A stretch of DNA of 64,000 bases from Macrostomum lignano (taxonomy: Eukaryota). The notes below the pieces were generated by a model. It did no database searches and had not been told where the DNA came from. It saw only the letters and a program-made list of their open reading frames with translations. How positions within the stretch are numbered: position 1 is the first letter of the stretch; each line of letters starts with the position of its first letter. The stretch covers positions 248,001 to 312,000 of the forward strand of contig NIVC01000291.1 in NCBI GenBank assembly GCA_002269645.1, given 5' to 3'. A program made the position numbers and the translations under genes. Shown here piece by piece: positions 49,201-62,654 of this stretch.

Positions 49201-52200
49201 TTTCGCGACGAAGTGGCGCCAAATCATGGCGAGTGAGTGGCTGCTGAAATTTGTTTCGTTACCCGCTACTGAGATAAATATACTCAGTAGTATTGTTAGT
49301 TTGCGCATTCTCAGCAAACAGTTTTGTTTAAAAAATTGTACCTGTGTGACCCGCACTGGAATAAACAAAATTTCCGATTTCCTCTCAAGTTTCGCTGTGC
49401 TCATGCAGGATGTTAAAAAGTTGATTAGCTGCGTGAAATTGGAAATTGCCTCATTCTGTTTTAGTTTAGCAGTGTTTTTTTCAATTCCGATGGAGTTTTC
49501 AGTTTTTATTCCGCTCATGCAGCTCAACGCTGCCCACCTTTAATCCTCCATTCTACCTTTGTAAGTCTGGCATCTCGCGAATTCCACTTTCTGTTTGTTT
49601 CCATGGACTACTCGAGTTAGAGATCTGGGTAGGAAACTACAGGCATTCTATTAGCGTTTGGCCATAAGAAATTTTCTATTTAATTAAAAAGAATTTTACA
49701 ATTGAAATGCACAGGTGTGAAATTTACTTAGAAATCGGTTGAGAATGGACAGGCAAATTTCAATGCTCTGAAGCTGTAGAGAAACCATGCAGAAACCGAG
49801 TGACCTCACCGCCCAGATTCTGTAGGGACTCCCTGTTTTGTCGGAGTTCTGAGATACCCAAACTCGCATATTCGCTCTGCTTTTTTGCCAGGTACGAGAA
49901 GCAGGGCCACGTGCCCAAGGAGGTCTGGCTGCAGGCCGGCAAGCTGGGCCTGCTGGGCGTCAGCACTTCGGAGGAGAACTTTGGCGTCGGGCTGGACTTC
50001 AAGTCATCCATGATTGTCAGTGAGGAGCAGTGAGTGCTGCTGTTTGCAACCAGCCGTTTCTATTGAGTGCTGCTGCTTGCAACCAGCCGTTTCTATTGAG
50101 TGCTGATGTTTGCAACCAGCCGTTTCTATTGAGTGCTGCTGCTTGCAACCAGCCGTTTCTATTGAGTGCTGATGTTTGCAACCAGCCGTTTCTATTGAGT
50201 GCTGCTGCTTGCAACCAGCCGTTTCTATTGAGTGCTGCTGCTTGCAACCAGCCGTTTCTATTGAGTGCTGCTTGCAACCAGCCGTTTCTATTGAGTGCTG
50301 CTGCTTGCAACCAGCCGTTTCTATTGAGTGCTGCTTGCAACCAGCCGTTTCTATTGAGTGCTGCTGCTTGCAACCAGCCGTTTCTATTGAGTGCTGCTGC
50401 TTGCAACCAGCCGTTTCTATTGAGTGCTGCTGCTTGCAACCAGCCGTTTCTATTGAGTGCTGCTGTTTGCAACCAGCCGTTTCTATTGAGTGCTGCTGTT
50501 TGCAACCAGCCGTTTCTATTGAGTGCTGTTTGCAACCAGCCGTTTCTATTGAGTGCTACTGCTTGCAACCAGCCGTTTCTATTGAGTGCTACTGTTTGCA
50601 ACCAGCCATTTCTATTGAGTGCTGCTGTTTGCAACCAGCCGTTTCTATTGAGTGCTGCTGCTTGCAACCAGCCGTTTCTATTGAGTGCTGCTGCTTGCAA
50701 CCAGCCGTTTCTATTGAGTGCTGCTGTTTGCAACCAGCCGTTTCTATTGAGTGCTGCTGCTTGCAACCAGCCGTTTCTATTGAGTGCTGCTGCTTGCAAC
50801 CAGCCGTTTCTATTGATTGCTGTTTGCAACCAGCCGTTTCTATTGAGTGCTGCTGCTTGCAACCAGCCGTTTCTATTGAGTGCTGCTGCTTGCAACCAGC
50901 CGTTTCTATTGAGTGCTGCTGCTTGCAACCAGCCGTTTCTATTGAGTGCTACTGTTTGCAACCAGCCGTTTCTATTGATTGCTGCTGTTTGCAACCAGCC
51001 GTTTCTATTGAGTGCTGCTGCTTGCAACCAGCCGTTTCTATTGATTGCTGTTTGCAACCAGCCGTTTCTATTGAGTGCTGTTTGCAACCAGCCGTTTCTA
51101 TTGAGTGCTACTGTTTGCAACCAGCCGTTTCTATTGAGTGCTACTGTTTGCAACCAGCCGTTTCTATTGAGTGCTACTGTTTGCAACCAGCCGTTTCTAT
51201 TGAGTGCTGCTGCTTGCAACCAGCCGTTTCTATTGATTGCTGTTTGCAACCAGCCGTTTCTATTGAGTGCTGCTGCTTGCAACCAGCCGTTTCTATTGAG
51301 TGCTGCTGCTTGCAACCAGCCGTTTCTATTGAGTGCTGCTGCTTGCAACCAGCCGTTTCTATTGAGTGCTACTGTTTGCAACCAGCCGTTTCTATTGATT
51401 GCTGCTGTTTGCAACCAGCCGTTTCTATTGAGTGCTGCTGCTTGCAACCAGCCGTTTCTATTGATTGCTGTTTGCAACCAGCCGTTTCTATTGAGTGCTG
51501 TTTGCAACCAGCCGTTTCTATTGAGTGCTACTGTTTGCAACCAGCCATTTCTATTGAGTGCTACTGTTTGCAACCAGCCGTTTCTATTGAGTGCTGCTGC
51601 TTGCAACCAGCCGTTTCTATTGAGTGCTGCTGCTTGCAACCAGCCGTTTCTATTGATTGCTGCTGTTTGCAACCAGCCGTTTCTATTGATTGCTGCTGTT
51701 TGCAACCAGACATTTCTATTGAGTGCTGTTTGCAACCAGCCATTTAGATAGCTAAAAGCTATATTCAGTTATACTATTCTTATGTCACTGACAGTCCTCC
51801 CACTGGGCTGCAGGCCCTCCGAGGAAGGAGAACTCAGTTCTAAATGAGAAGTAAATAAAAGAATACAGCCCAGGAGCAGAGGTTAACAGGCGGACTAACC
51901 AGCAGTCGGCTGCCTATCATTTGCCAAACAAACACCGCCTTCTCACTTTGTTGGCAGACAACAGCACACTGATTTTATCCCGCACCACATTTTTCCCTGT
52001 CAGATTAGTTTATGGTCTTGTGTTGAAACATTTTTTGACCAAAACACCGATGCAGAGTATCTCTGTTTCTCCTCTTTAAAGCATAGACAAAAGTAGCCGC
52101 CACGGAGTTCATTCCTGTTCGCTCTGACATCCATCCATCCTGTTAATTTTGCGATCAATAAATGCCATAGGCAAAACCAGCGGACAGATGTATGCATACC

Positions 52201-55200
52201 AACAGAGGACAGATGTATGCATTCCAACTGTTCTTATGCAAAATCAGTGGACAACTTGCTTCAACACTGCAGACTATTAATATTCGTACCATGTTTCTCT
52301 ATGGCCTGGTATTAGAATTAAAAAATCCACCAATAATAAAAAATGGGGGTTCTAGTATAGATTTCAGCTGCGAAATTGCCTAAAATGATGGTTAATTAAT
52401 TATAATTTCCACGGGCAACCAGATTGACAGCTCTCAGAGGACATAAAGCGTGATGGGATCTGATTCTAATAAAATAAAGCGGTACCACTTTGCTATTTCC
52501 ATCGCCATTATCAGACTTGGTCATCGATTGGACCAGTAAATAGGCGCGTTTCCTAACTGCTTTATTGTCAGCGGTGATCTATAGAAGGCATAGCTGATCA
52601 CAGGTACATTAGCTGCCCTTTAATCAGACGATAGGGTGGGACAGGTAGTACTTAGCAATCACAGCGAGCTATAACTTTAATTTGATTTGGCAACTGGCGA
52701 ATTTTAATACAATCCTGCTAACATCCAAGGCATTTAGAAAAACCACGTGTAATACCCTAGACCTGTTTCAGGTGTAGGGTATTAGACCTGTTTTTACCTG
52801 TAATGCCTTTGGTTTTCAGTGAGTCGATTTTTACGCTTCTCACGTATTTTCTCTCTTCTTTCTATGATTCTCGCTCAATAACGCTCGTACGGTAATGGGA
52901 AGAAAAGCTTCCGGGTTAGGGTTCCCTTCGTGCAAGAATTAATAATTTGCCCACAGCAGAGGCCTCTGTCAGACCGCAATCACAGTAACCCGGGTTCTCA
53001 ATCAGTCGATCGCTGGAAAGGAGGAAGCTGGGCGTGGGCTGCCATACGCCATGAGATGCTGCTGGCTCTGTTGCTCTTCCAGGTTGCGAGATGGATTTAA
53101 GGGCACGCAAAGTCAGTCACCTGTTAGGCCATGTGGGTTTTGCCACGGTTTTCGTGAACTTTCTGGCATGGAATCAATCGAGTGGACCGTTTGCAGTGAG
53201 ACTGTGAGAGTTTATAACAACAGAAAGTGTCGAGTCCCGATAGAAACTCATCAATCACTGGGAATCCAGTCAGCAATCTGCCATTATTCCGTCTAGATCC
53301 GCTTGAGCACTTGCTAATACTACATTGAGTACTTCAGTACCAGGCATTTGATAGAACAAGGACGCCCAGAAAGAAGATCCCCAGCATTTTAAGCAAAGTG
53401 CGAGACTGTTTGAATCTCTCTAAGACATATGCAATGATTGCAGTCGGATCCTAGCGAAGCCTGCAGTAATTTATTGTTGAAGGCATGCAGCAGGGGGAAC
53501 TGCTAGTAACCGTAGCTGGTTTTTGTTTGAATAATATTATATATTGCTTGTTTGACTGCTAATTTTCAATACAGACTAGGCGTACCTGCTAGCCGCTTAG
53601 CTGGAAAAAAGAATAGTTCAAGCTACAACAGGTAACCAAATATATAGTAAACATTTATTAATATATTTGCTTATACTTGACATGTGCAGTTGTGTGCGGT
53701 TGTGTTTAAATTGGATTAAACTGGTGCATACGGATGCTGTTTTTAGAGAAACACACTGAATGTGAAATTGAAACTTTTTGTGGGAGCTTTCTGTAGCTAA
53801 TTTTGTTTCCTAAAATATATCTTAATCTCTGAAAATTTATGAAAGCTTGGCGAAACGGCGATCGTTCCAATTAGCAAATCTTTTATTAATGAGCCAATGG
53901 TTTACTGCAAATTAGTGAAGACGAATTTTCATGGATCAGCGCTTGGTTGAGGTGCTAAAGCCTTGTTGTTTGCGGCTGTGCTTGCGGCTGCTGAGCACCT
54001 GTGCTGCCGGTCGCGGCCTGGTTGAGCTTGCCCTCGGTCCCTGCTCGGCACAGTTTAAGCAGAGCAGCTCGGAAAGACGGCATGAACACGAAGTAGATGA
54101 CGGGGTTCACGATCATGTTCGCGTTCACCAGCAGCAGTGTCGCATTGTAGAACAGCCCCTTCTGGTCGAAGTAGAAGACGTCGAACATGTGCAGCAGGTA
54201 GCTGATCTGATTAGCCGTGAAGCAGAGCACGTAAGCCACTCCAGCCACTAGGAAAGTCTTGATGAGTTTGCTGGACGCTGCCAGCTTCTTTTTCTGGCTC
54301 TCCTCCGAGATGCAGCTGCGGTTCCTTCGCAGCGTGACGATCATGGCGGAGTAGCAGATGCTCATGTTCACCACCGGCAAGGCGTACAGCATACTGAAGT
54401 TCACGAGCCCGAATGAGCGCGACACCCACGCTGGAATTGCGCGATTGTAGACGCAGCAGTTGCTATGGCTGCCGTCTCCGCGGCTCAGGTCGATGAAGAC
54501 GCGCCACATGTGCAGGGCGGTGTAGATCCAGATTCCAGCAATTCCGGCTTTGAGCTTGGTGGCGCTTCTGGTCACCAGTGGAAACACGAGGGCCACAAAG
54601 CGCTCCAGGGTAATGAATTGAAGGTTCAACTGCAGTGTTGGGAGGGTAAAATTGCCAAGAACTTAGTTAAGATAGTGATTGATATAAGTAGCAAGTATTC
54701 CAGAGGGTAAAAAGTGGTGCATGCTCAGAGGATGCAGTACCTACCGTACTGCATAGAACGGTTAGCCAGATAACGTATTCGCTGAACCACAGGTGGCACA
54801 CAATTGTGCCAATAAAGTTGGCCGGCACGCGGATTGGCGCGTAAATCGTCAGCCACTTGATGGCGGCCAGCACGCAGCCGATAAGGTCTACGCTGGCTTG
54901 GCTGATGATTAGCAGGCGGGGGTTGCTGCTGATCAGCTTGCGTTCTCGGATGAACACCGCCATAGACAGGCTGTTGGCTCCCAGACCGAATGCGGCCACA
55001 GTCAGGAACACCCAGGGGCCGGTCAGCATGATCCAGTTGCCTGGCTGCAGCGTGTCCTTGTAGTCCGGCAGGCAAGACGACAGTGTCTCTTTTGTCGGGT
55101 TGCTGTCTGCCAAGTTTTGATCGAGCGTTTTTAAAAGATCGATATCTATCTTGTAAAGATAAACACCTCGCAATAAGTAACTGGGATATTGCTACTTTTA

Positions 55201-58200
55201 AAATAATAGAACAAAGATCAGAAGAACCCTGTAAATTTGGTATTTATTCTGTAAACCCTGTAAAGCTTGCGTTGACGCTATCATTCTTTATCTACTGAAT
55301 CTCACGATATCGGTACAGCATTTTTAATTTTATTTAAGAGATTGAGCATTCAATTCAAGACACGGCCAGCCATATTCAACCGTGCTTTGACAATTGTCTA
55401 TGGCCAAAACAGTGTATGGGAGCATTGAATTAAAGCCATCAAACAGTCGAATTCAGACTTTAGAATCAAAACCATTATTAGACAAAAATTGTGTATTTTG
55501 TGACAGAAAGCAAACAAGTGATGTATATAATCTTTGTCTGTTCTTTTGGTGTCTCCTCGGCCTTTCTCTGCCATAGACACCAAAAGAACAGACAAAGATC
55601 GTACTTAATCTATAGATTTTGGAAGCGACTGGGAGTGGGAGTGAGGTATTCGTCAAAAGCAGGGTGTGGGGGCGCAGCCCCCACATTTAACCATAGACAA
55701 AAAAAATTAAAGTAAAAGATTCAATGCTTAAATTAAAAGCGAGAAAGGAAAGTTTTGGGCAATTTAAGCACGAGAACCTCTTTCTGACTTGGTTTCGAAG
55801 TGAGTCTGCCATTAAGAGCGTCAGATGGTACCAAAATGGACCTATCGGCCGGCATACTCTCGACTCCATTGTGGCGAATATCACCAAGCCCGTGTCTACG
55901 GATGGTAAATTCTCAAACCAGTCTCTAAGGAAGACTTGTGCCAGCACGTTGCATCGGGCTGGACTGGCTAGGGACGATATAGCCCGCGTCACTGGACATT
56001 CATCCAACGCAATTGAGAGGTACATACGGCTAGACGTCCAGGACCATTCGCGTATGACCTACGCTCTACACGCCGGAGGAGCCGTGGAGTCCAATGGGCG
56101 GACCAATGAGCAAGATGTCGTGTCTGAGGGTACTACCAAGAAGATGCGTATGACTGTCCACGGTGACACCAACACCGTAGAAATCATGTTCGAGTGAATC
56201 GGCAAGAATGAATCGGTCGTTACTGCTGTTGATAGTTTATACTTCTAATGGACTAACTGACAAATTATAGTCGTTCTAAAATGTTCTCAGGCCTTGTTCT
56301 TAGGCCTGTTAACCGGTTAACAGGCCTCGTTTTGAGTTCTCAGGCTTCGTTTTTAGTGAGGTTTGGCCATAGACTATCGTTCCTCTACAAAAGAAGGAGC
56401 CTAGGAATTTAGTGTGAACCGTCATATCTGTAGGTTAAGAATTAGTGAATTACGTAACATTTTGTGATGCACATATCGAACGAGTCAAACTGCAACTGAA
56501 TTAACTGTCAGACCACGTGTGCTCAATCAGATGTTTTTACAGGCCAAGCAGCGGTGTGGGAAGCGCAACGTGTGAGCATACCAGACAGGCTGAACCCTTG
56601 GCAACCGTGATATCCACGACTGACTTTGCGGTTCTTTGCTGTACCATGGAACGCCAGTCCTATCGATTGATTTCGTCTAATGGACTCTTCAGCTCCATTT
56701 GCATGGGCGCGCATGATTTGTCTGAATTTAACCACTTTTAGTCTTTCAAATTCAATGCTCTGCTTGTGCCATAGACGGTTTTTTGGCTATAGACGAAAGT
56801 ACGAGAAGATTGGCTGAATATGATTTGCGGTGTCTTAAAACAGATGCTTTGATTCTTTATTGAAATGAAAAATAATATTAGCCACTTACCATTGAGAAGC
56901 ATGGTATCGCTGCATGTCAGATATATAATAACTGTGATCTGACCGCTGATGCTTTGTTCTCTCGGTCTTCTGAATCTAAATATGCTTTCTGGAACTACCT
57001 GTATTTAAGATCGAAGGAATCTGCTGACCCATTCTCTGTTGCAATTGGTCAGTCCCTTAACTTTGTGCACTTAAATTGTTGCTCTGCGCTGGCTACTGTT
57101 AGTAGACTTAATGGCTGAGTCCCTCTTACCTGTAACTCGCCAGGTTCTACGCCAACCTGTCGGGCCCAGGCTTCAGCCTGCACTCGGACATTGTGATGCC
57201 ATACCTGTCCAAATACGGCTCGCCTGAGCAGAAGGAGCGCTACCTGCCACGCATGACCTCCGGCGAAGTCATTGGCGCCATCGCCATGACGGAGCCCGGG
57301 GCCGGCAGCGACCTGCAGGGCGTCAAGACGCGGGCGGTGAAGTCCTCGGGCGGCGACTACATTCTCAATGGCAGCAAGACCTTCATCACTAACGGCTGGA
57401 ACTGTGACCTCTGCATTGTGGTGGCCGTCACCGACCCGAGCGCCAAGTCGCCCGCCCGCGGCATCAGCCTGTTCCTGGTGGACTCGGAGTACGCCGGCTT
57501 CCGCAAGGGCCGCAAGCTGGACAAAATGGGCCTGAAGGCGCAGGACACCGCCGAGCTGTTCTTTGAGGACGTGCGGCTGCCTGCCTCGGCCCTCCTGGGC
57601 CAGGAGAACCGCGGCTTTGCCTACCTCATGAGCGAGCTGCCCAGGGAGCGGATGCTTATCGCTGACATTGGCCAGGCCAGCTCTGAGTGGATGTTCGAGG
57701 AGGCTCGCAGCCACGTCCGCGAACGACGCGCCTTCGGCCGCACGCTCTCGGCTTTGCAGGTAGGTGGTAGGTTGAGATCGCGATCCTCAGTTGCTGGGCC
57801 TTTTAACTTCCCAGATCCTCAGTTGCTGGGCCTTTTAACTTCCCAGATCCTCAGTTGCTGGGCCTTTTAACTTCCCAGATCCTCAGTTGCTGGGCCTTTT
57901 AACTTCCCAGATCCTCAGTTGCTGGGCCTTTTAACTTCCCAGATCCTCAGTTGCTGGGCCTTTTAACTTCCCAGATCCTCAGTTGCTGGGCCTTTTAACT
58001 TCCCAGATCCTCAGTTGCTGGGCCTTTTAGTTTCCCAGATCCTCAGTTGCTGGGCCTTTTAGTTTCCCAGATCCTCAGTTGCTGGGCCTTTTAGCTTCCC
58101 AGATCCTCAGTTGCTGGGCCTTTTAGCTTCCCAGATCCTCAGTTGCTGGGCCTTTTAGCTTCCGAGATCCTCAGTTGCTGGGCCTTTTAACTTCCCAGAT

Positions 58201-61200
58201 CCTCAGTTGCTGGGCTTCCTACTTCGCAGATCTTTCGTATCTGGGCCGCCGTCCTCCCACATCATCAGTTGCCTTGCATCTGACAAGACGCAAAAGCAGT
58301 CTGCAACAGTCCTCATTAATCTTCATTTGCGGGCAATTCTAAGTGACGGCTAGCGAGCTCCGTTGTTTCGCCCAGCACAAATTTGCACCTTGAGTTTGCA
58401 TTCAGCTGAATGTCTGTAGCTGCAGTAATGAGCACTCCGAGGTCTGAGTCCAATTACTGACCCGTCTGTAATTATCCAGTCGGACAGCTCCCGTAATTAT
58501 TGAGCAATAGCCTCCTGCACTTGGCTACTTAAAGAACTTCGTAGCGTATCTCATCTTCCTAATTGCGCTTTGTATCACTGGGTCCCAAAAAAATCCCCGT
58601 GTGTATTTTTAGCTTCAAGTTTTTAACAGGCACGTTAAGCTGCTTGCGGGGTGAAACCGGTTCCGGTTTTGATTGTTCGCGAGCTGCCTCCTGTGGTGTC
58701 GAAAGAATGATCGATACTGGCATCAAAGTTTCCGGCCAGGTTTGGGCCGCGTACTCGCGTTTGATGCGTGCGCGATTGACGCTAAAAAGACCGATGAGCT
58801 CAGGAGTCAGTAAAAATGAGCATTCTTAACCTCTTCCTGGGATTGAATTTCGTCAGAAGTTGCGCCAGCGCTCGCTGCTCCCCTGCAAGCTCTCGACTTC
58901 GATTTAGGCGAGCAGTCTCTGCGCATCTCTGCTAATGCATAAGCAGCTGCACACTCGCCATCTCCGAGTCCTCAAGCTCTGATTGGCTTGCGGGAAATCC
59001 CGCCTTTCCTGTCTTATAAAAGCAAGCGGGTTTGAGCTGTGTTCTTTACTCACTGCTGAGACAGCGGGTTTCTCATTCTCAAGAAAAAAGAACAGCAGAG
59101 AAATAGCAGATGCGGCAGCACCAGAGTCCTCTAATTGTAGCCGGCTCGACCGGCTCTGAGCAGGAGCAGAAGACGCTGCTCTCGGATTCCTGCTCAAGCA
59201 ATAGCAGCTGCAAGTCGGCTGAGAATTCAACCAGTTCTTCTCCGCGCTTTTCTGCTGCCAGTGCACTGCTTCCACCCGCACCGCCGCCGCCGCAGCAGCC
59301 GCAGCCGCAGAAGCAGCTGCTGACCCCCTGGTGGTGCCGGAAGTCGATCCGCTATGACCCTGGCGATCCAGGTGCCGACAGTGGCGAGCAGCCGGTCAAG
59401 CAGCTGCTGTTGCCAAAACGATTGCCACCTCCCAGGCGTTTGCCTCCCATTGTGCGCCCTCCAAAGATTAACAAATGACTGAGAGTAGAGGCGATGCTTT
59501 TGCGAAAAACCCTCTCTTTGTGATCTTGAATAAAATCAAGCTTTAAAATTGGTCTGCTGATGAGGCCAGAGTGACTGCTGCTTGACTGCAGTCATAGCAG
59601 GTTTAATATTCGTGTTGCTTGATACAGTAGCAGTTGTACAGTAGGAGTGCTAGTACTCTGAGTGGTGCTCTATCAAGGACCGTGGTTAATATGGTACAGT
59701 GCGCTAAGCGATTCGTTTGTTGACTGCAGGATCCATAGCGGCTAGGAGCACCGAAAATGTTTTATGGAAGATTAATTTGAAAAACCATCCCCAACCGTAG
59801 GCAAAACGTTGATCTAGGCCGCTAGAACTCCTTCACGTCACTGCCGCAAAATATAAGCTTACGAGAACGGTGTAATCGATCAGTCAGCTAGTCTAACCGC
59901 ATGCAGGGAATTAGTTTTTACAGATTCATCTAACTGGCTTAAATTTAAAACTGCCGGTGGTGTGACAGAGGAAAATAAAAAATAACGCTGGAGTAAAAAA
60001 CCGCGCCTACAAAGTTTCCATCCAAAGAAGGCAGTACCATTCAAGTCAAACAGCAAAATGTTGTGTACTTTGCACATGCTCTGCTTCAAGATGTACAGCA
60101 CAGTCTGTCTCTGTTAACCGGTTGTGTTGGGTTTATACGAGCGTATTCAGAATGGCCAGGTTGCTTAGAGCAGCAGAGGCAAGTCGCCACACAGTGGGAA
60201 ATCTTGGCTCCTGTGTTGACGCCTACAAAGCCAAAAGGCCAGCTCAGTTAAATTGTCACCAGAAACGCTGATTTCCTTGGTAGCGATGGCTGTCTCCATT
60301 CTCTGTCAATTGCTGGGATGCTGTCTTCGGGAAATCCAAGTGCTTTGGTCATCTTCGTTGCGCAATCAGACGATAGCTTCTGGACTCTGGTTGGGTCCAA
60401 AAACTGCGCCTGCCGCATCCGCCAGTGGTAGGTGTGCTTGCAGGTAGGTTGTAGGGGCCATGTAGAGTTATTTGCTTTGCCCTGAAGAAGTACTGCTTCT
60501 GGAGTCTTTCTGGGAATTCTCGAACCAAAAACTTGGTTTTCTCACCAACAAACATGTCACGGTCAGAGACAGTGCTCAAAGTCAACAAATTTGCAGGGTT
60601 GTCAGGAACAATGCATTTGCATTGGCACTCAGGTAGTCCAGCTTATCAAAGCAGCTCAGAACGTCCCCAAAATACTGGCGCACATTGGCATATATGAAGT
60701 GAATCAAAATAGTTTTCTGCAGAAAAAGCTTTTTTCAACTTGTCAAAGTTTGTCAAGACAAAATGAAAGAACTTGACCTCTGTTCTGCGGCAGCTCACAT
60801 GTCTTAATTTTTTTTCAAGGTTGCCAGTAGCCTCACGGCTGTTGTTGCGCTTCATGAACACTTGCAACGCTGGTAGCTGCTCCAGCGTTAGTCTGTTAAC
60901 TTCTCCAGGAAGCAGCTGAACCCAGCGAGTCTCCCTCCACACGACATAGAAAGCGGTGATGCTGAAGGTCGTAGTCTAATTTACATGCTCGTAGTGAGAC
61001 CAGCGAGCCGTGTACATAAGGTGCGAGTGGACGATATTAGACTCAAGCCTCACTGCCCAGATTGTCACAAGCGTGTTGCACGGCATTGGAATTTGGACAC
61101 TAGATGCAGAATACAAGTTGTGAGCTGCAGTGTGCATGATACTTAAACCACATATCCACGGAGTAATGAAAGAAGCAGAAACGCTAGAATATAAAAACGC

Positions 61201-62033
61201 TAGCTATTGCTTTTAAAACACTGACAATAACACTTCTTTTAAGCTTAGGTTCTCCAGCAAGAGACGTTAATTGGGTACCACGCCTTTCATTATTTTCCGA
61301 GCTCTCTCATTAGTAGTCAGTTGAGTTATCCTAATTTGAGTGGCACAAGGCGCATAAGCGCTTATTTCAGTTCCAACTCTAATCAGTGCTTTTGATCAAA
61401 GTCTCAGAGCGGCAACTGAAGGCTGAGATTTCAAAGGACTCCTTTCTCCAGCCAAAATCTGCTTCCGTAAACAGTGCAGCAAGCTGCATGGGCAACTGGC
61501 AGTAGGCAAAAGGTGTGCCCAATTAAATCCTGCTGTCTTAAATCCTCCTTTTGTCTACTTTATCAAACAAAAGAAGGAACAAAAAAGTCTCTCTAAGCCT
61601 CTGAGAGTCGCTCATTAATGTTCTTATTAAACATAGTGTATGAATAAGAAGTTGAAAGTGCTCAAAATGCTGCCCAGAATGAGCATGCAGGAGTCCCCGC
61701 CCACCCGCTCCGCACTGACAGACAATTCAGCACAAGCTGGCCGACCTGAAGACGGAGATCTGCGTGGCGCGCGCATTCGCTGACCAGTGCATCGAGTTGC
61801 AGAACGAGGGCCGCCTGGACTCGTTCACCGCCTCCATGGCCAAGCTGTGGTGCACGGAGATGCAGAACCGAGTTGCCTACGACTGCGTGCAGCTGCACGG
61901 AGGCTGGGGCTACATGTGGGAGTACCCAATCGCCAAGGCCTACGTTGACGCCAGAGTGCAGCCAATCTACGGCGGGGCCAACGAGATCATGAAGGAGCTC
62001 ATCGCCAGGCCCATCTGCGACCCGGGCAAATAG
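46276..62033 (+). CDS. ACADL: Mitochondrial long-chain acyl-CoA dehydrogenase, 5 exons: 46276-46325, 49077-49232, 49892-50029, 57144-57759, 61722-62033
   Basis: Transit-peptide-like MSLLRLSSGLRFF; LLDIGTRRIFTEEHDLLR; IGAIAMTEPGAGSDLQG; LNGSKTFITNG; GWGYMWEYPIAKAYVDARVQPIYGGANEIMKELIAR. All junction phases are compatible. Confidence 0.93.
47968..48053 (+). mobile_element. 86-bp retroposed insert with poly(A) tail and 12-bp TSD
   Basis: TAAAGAGACTAT at 47956-47967 and 48054-48065 flanks a GC-richer segment ending in A9. Confidence 0.6.
48430..48875. repeat. Telomere-like 28-bp array in ACADL intron 1
   Basis: AAACCCTAACCCAACCCTAAACTACCAT tandem copies. Confidence 0.9.
50035..51745. repeat. 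30/33-bp minisatellite starting at the ACADL intron-3 donor
   Basis: GAGTGCTGCTGCTTGCAACCAGCCGTTTCTATT over ~1.7 kb. Confidence 0.95.
53955..55173 (-). CDS. Rhodopsin-family GPCR nested antisense in ACADL intron 3 (exons ~54745-55173 and 53955-54629; start uncertain)
   Basis: TM1 GLGANSL, TM2 SQASVDL, TM3 ITLERFVALVFP, TM5 LPVVNMSICY, TM7 NPVIY; intron 54630-54744 is GT-AG, phase 0. Confidence 0.85.
55396..56374 (+). mobile_element. Crypton-like tyrosine-recombinase remnant (ORF 55724-56197) bracketed by 13-bp inverted repeats
   Basis: WYQNGPIGRHTL...FSNQSLRKTCASTL...VTGHSS...ERY is the C-terminal YR/DUF3504 pattern (H-x-x-R reads Q-x-x-R). GTCTATGGCCAAA at 55396-55408 and TTTGGCCATAGAC at 56362-56374. 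Confidence 0.7.
57785..58215. repeat. 32-bp minisatellite in ACADL intron 4
   Basis: TTTTAACTTCCCAGATCCTCAGTTGCTGGGCC tandem copies. Confidence 0.95.
59950..61200 (-). pseudogene. Heavily decayed hAT-like transposase remnant
   Basis: ETRWVQLLPGEVNRLTLEQLPALQVF resembles TRWLS...V.R.LEQW.AL..YF; FHFVLTNFDKL; fragments FW...FP...LA..AL further downstream; many stops and frameshifts. Confidence 0.4.
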
Positions 62034-62654
62034 ACTCAGTGGTGATAGACAGATCCAGCGCTGATCCATGTCCTTGATTACCTGTCTGATTGCTATAGCT
62101 GCAGGATTTGATTTCATATCGATCGATAATTAACCAATTTTACTGTAGCAAACTTCAATTGATATTGCTTGCACTTTTCACGCGGGATGTTTATTATGCT
62201 ACTAATAGTAAGCATTGCGGACTGTAATAATATTATGCGCGTCTGGTAATTTATTGTTATTGTAGCCACGCCGACTCCATCCATTTATATGCTGCGTGGT
62301 ATGCAGTGTCTTCATGTTGACAACTGAAATTAGACTAATTAATAATAAATAACTACTTAAACTTCTGATTGCCTGTCCTGTCAGACTTGCCAAATCAAAC
62401 CTGCGGTCAATGGTAACAAACAGCTAGCGGTATGCTTCAGCTTTATGACCATGTTATGAGCAAATGGACCATTTGCTCCTGGGCAGTGGGATCGAATGAG
62501 ATGCCTCAGTGGAACTGGGGCGAGTTAAGGAACAGGAAGTCGAGACTATAATGTTTTGTTTTTAAGTCCTGTCTAATTAATAAAATAGCAGTGGCACAAC
62601 TCTGACAACGCTAGTATATTTGAGTGCAGGCATTGCAGAGGAATGTACGAGTAG

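Noticed and set aside
50017-51751. 520-570 aa ORFs on both strands
   Set aside because: Products of a 30/33-bp intronic minisatellite.
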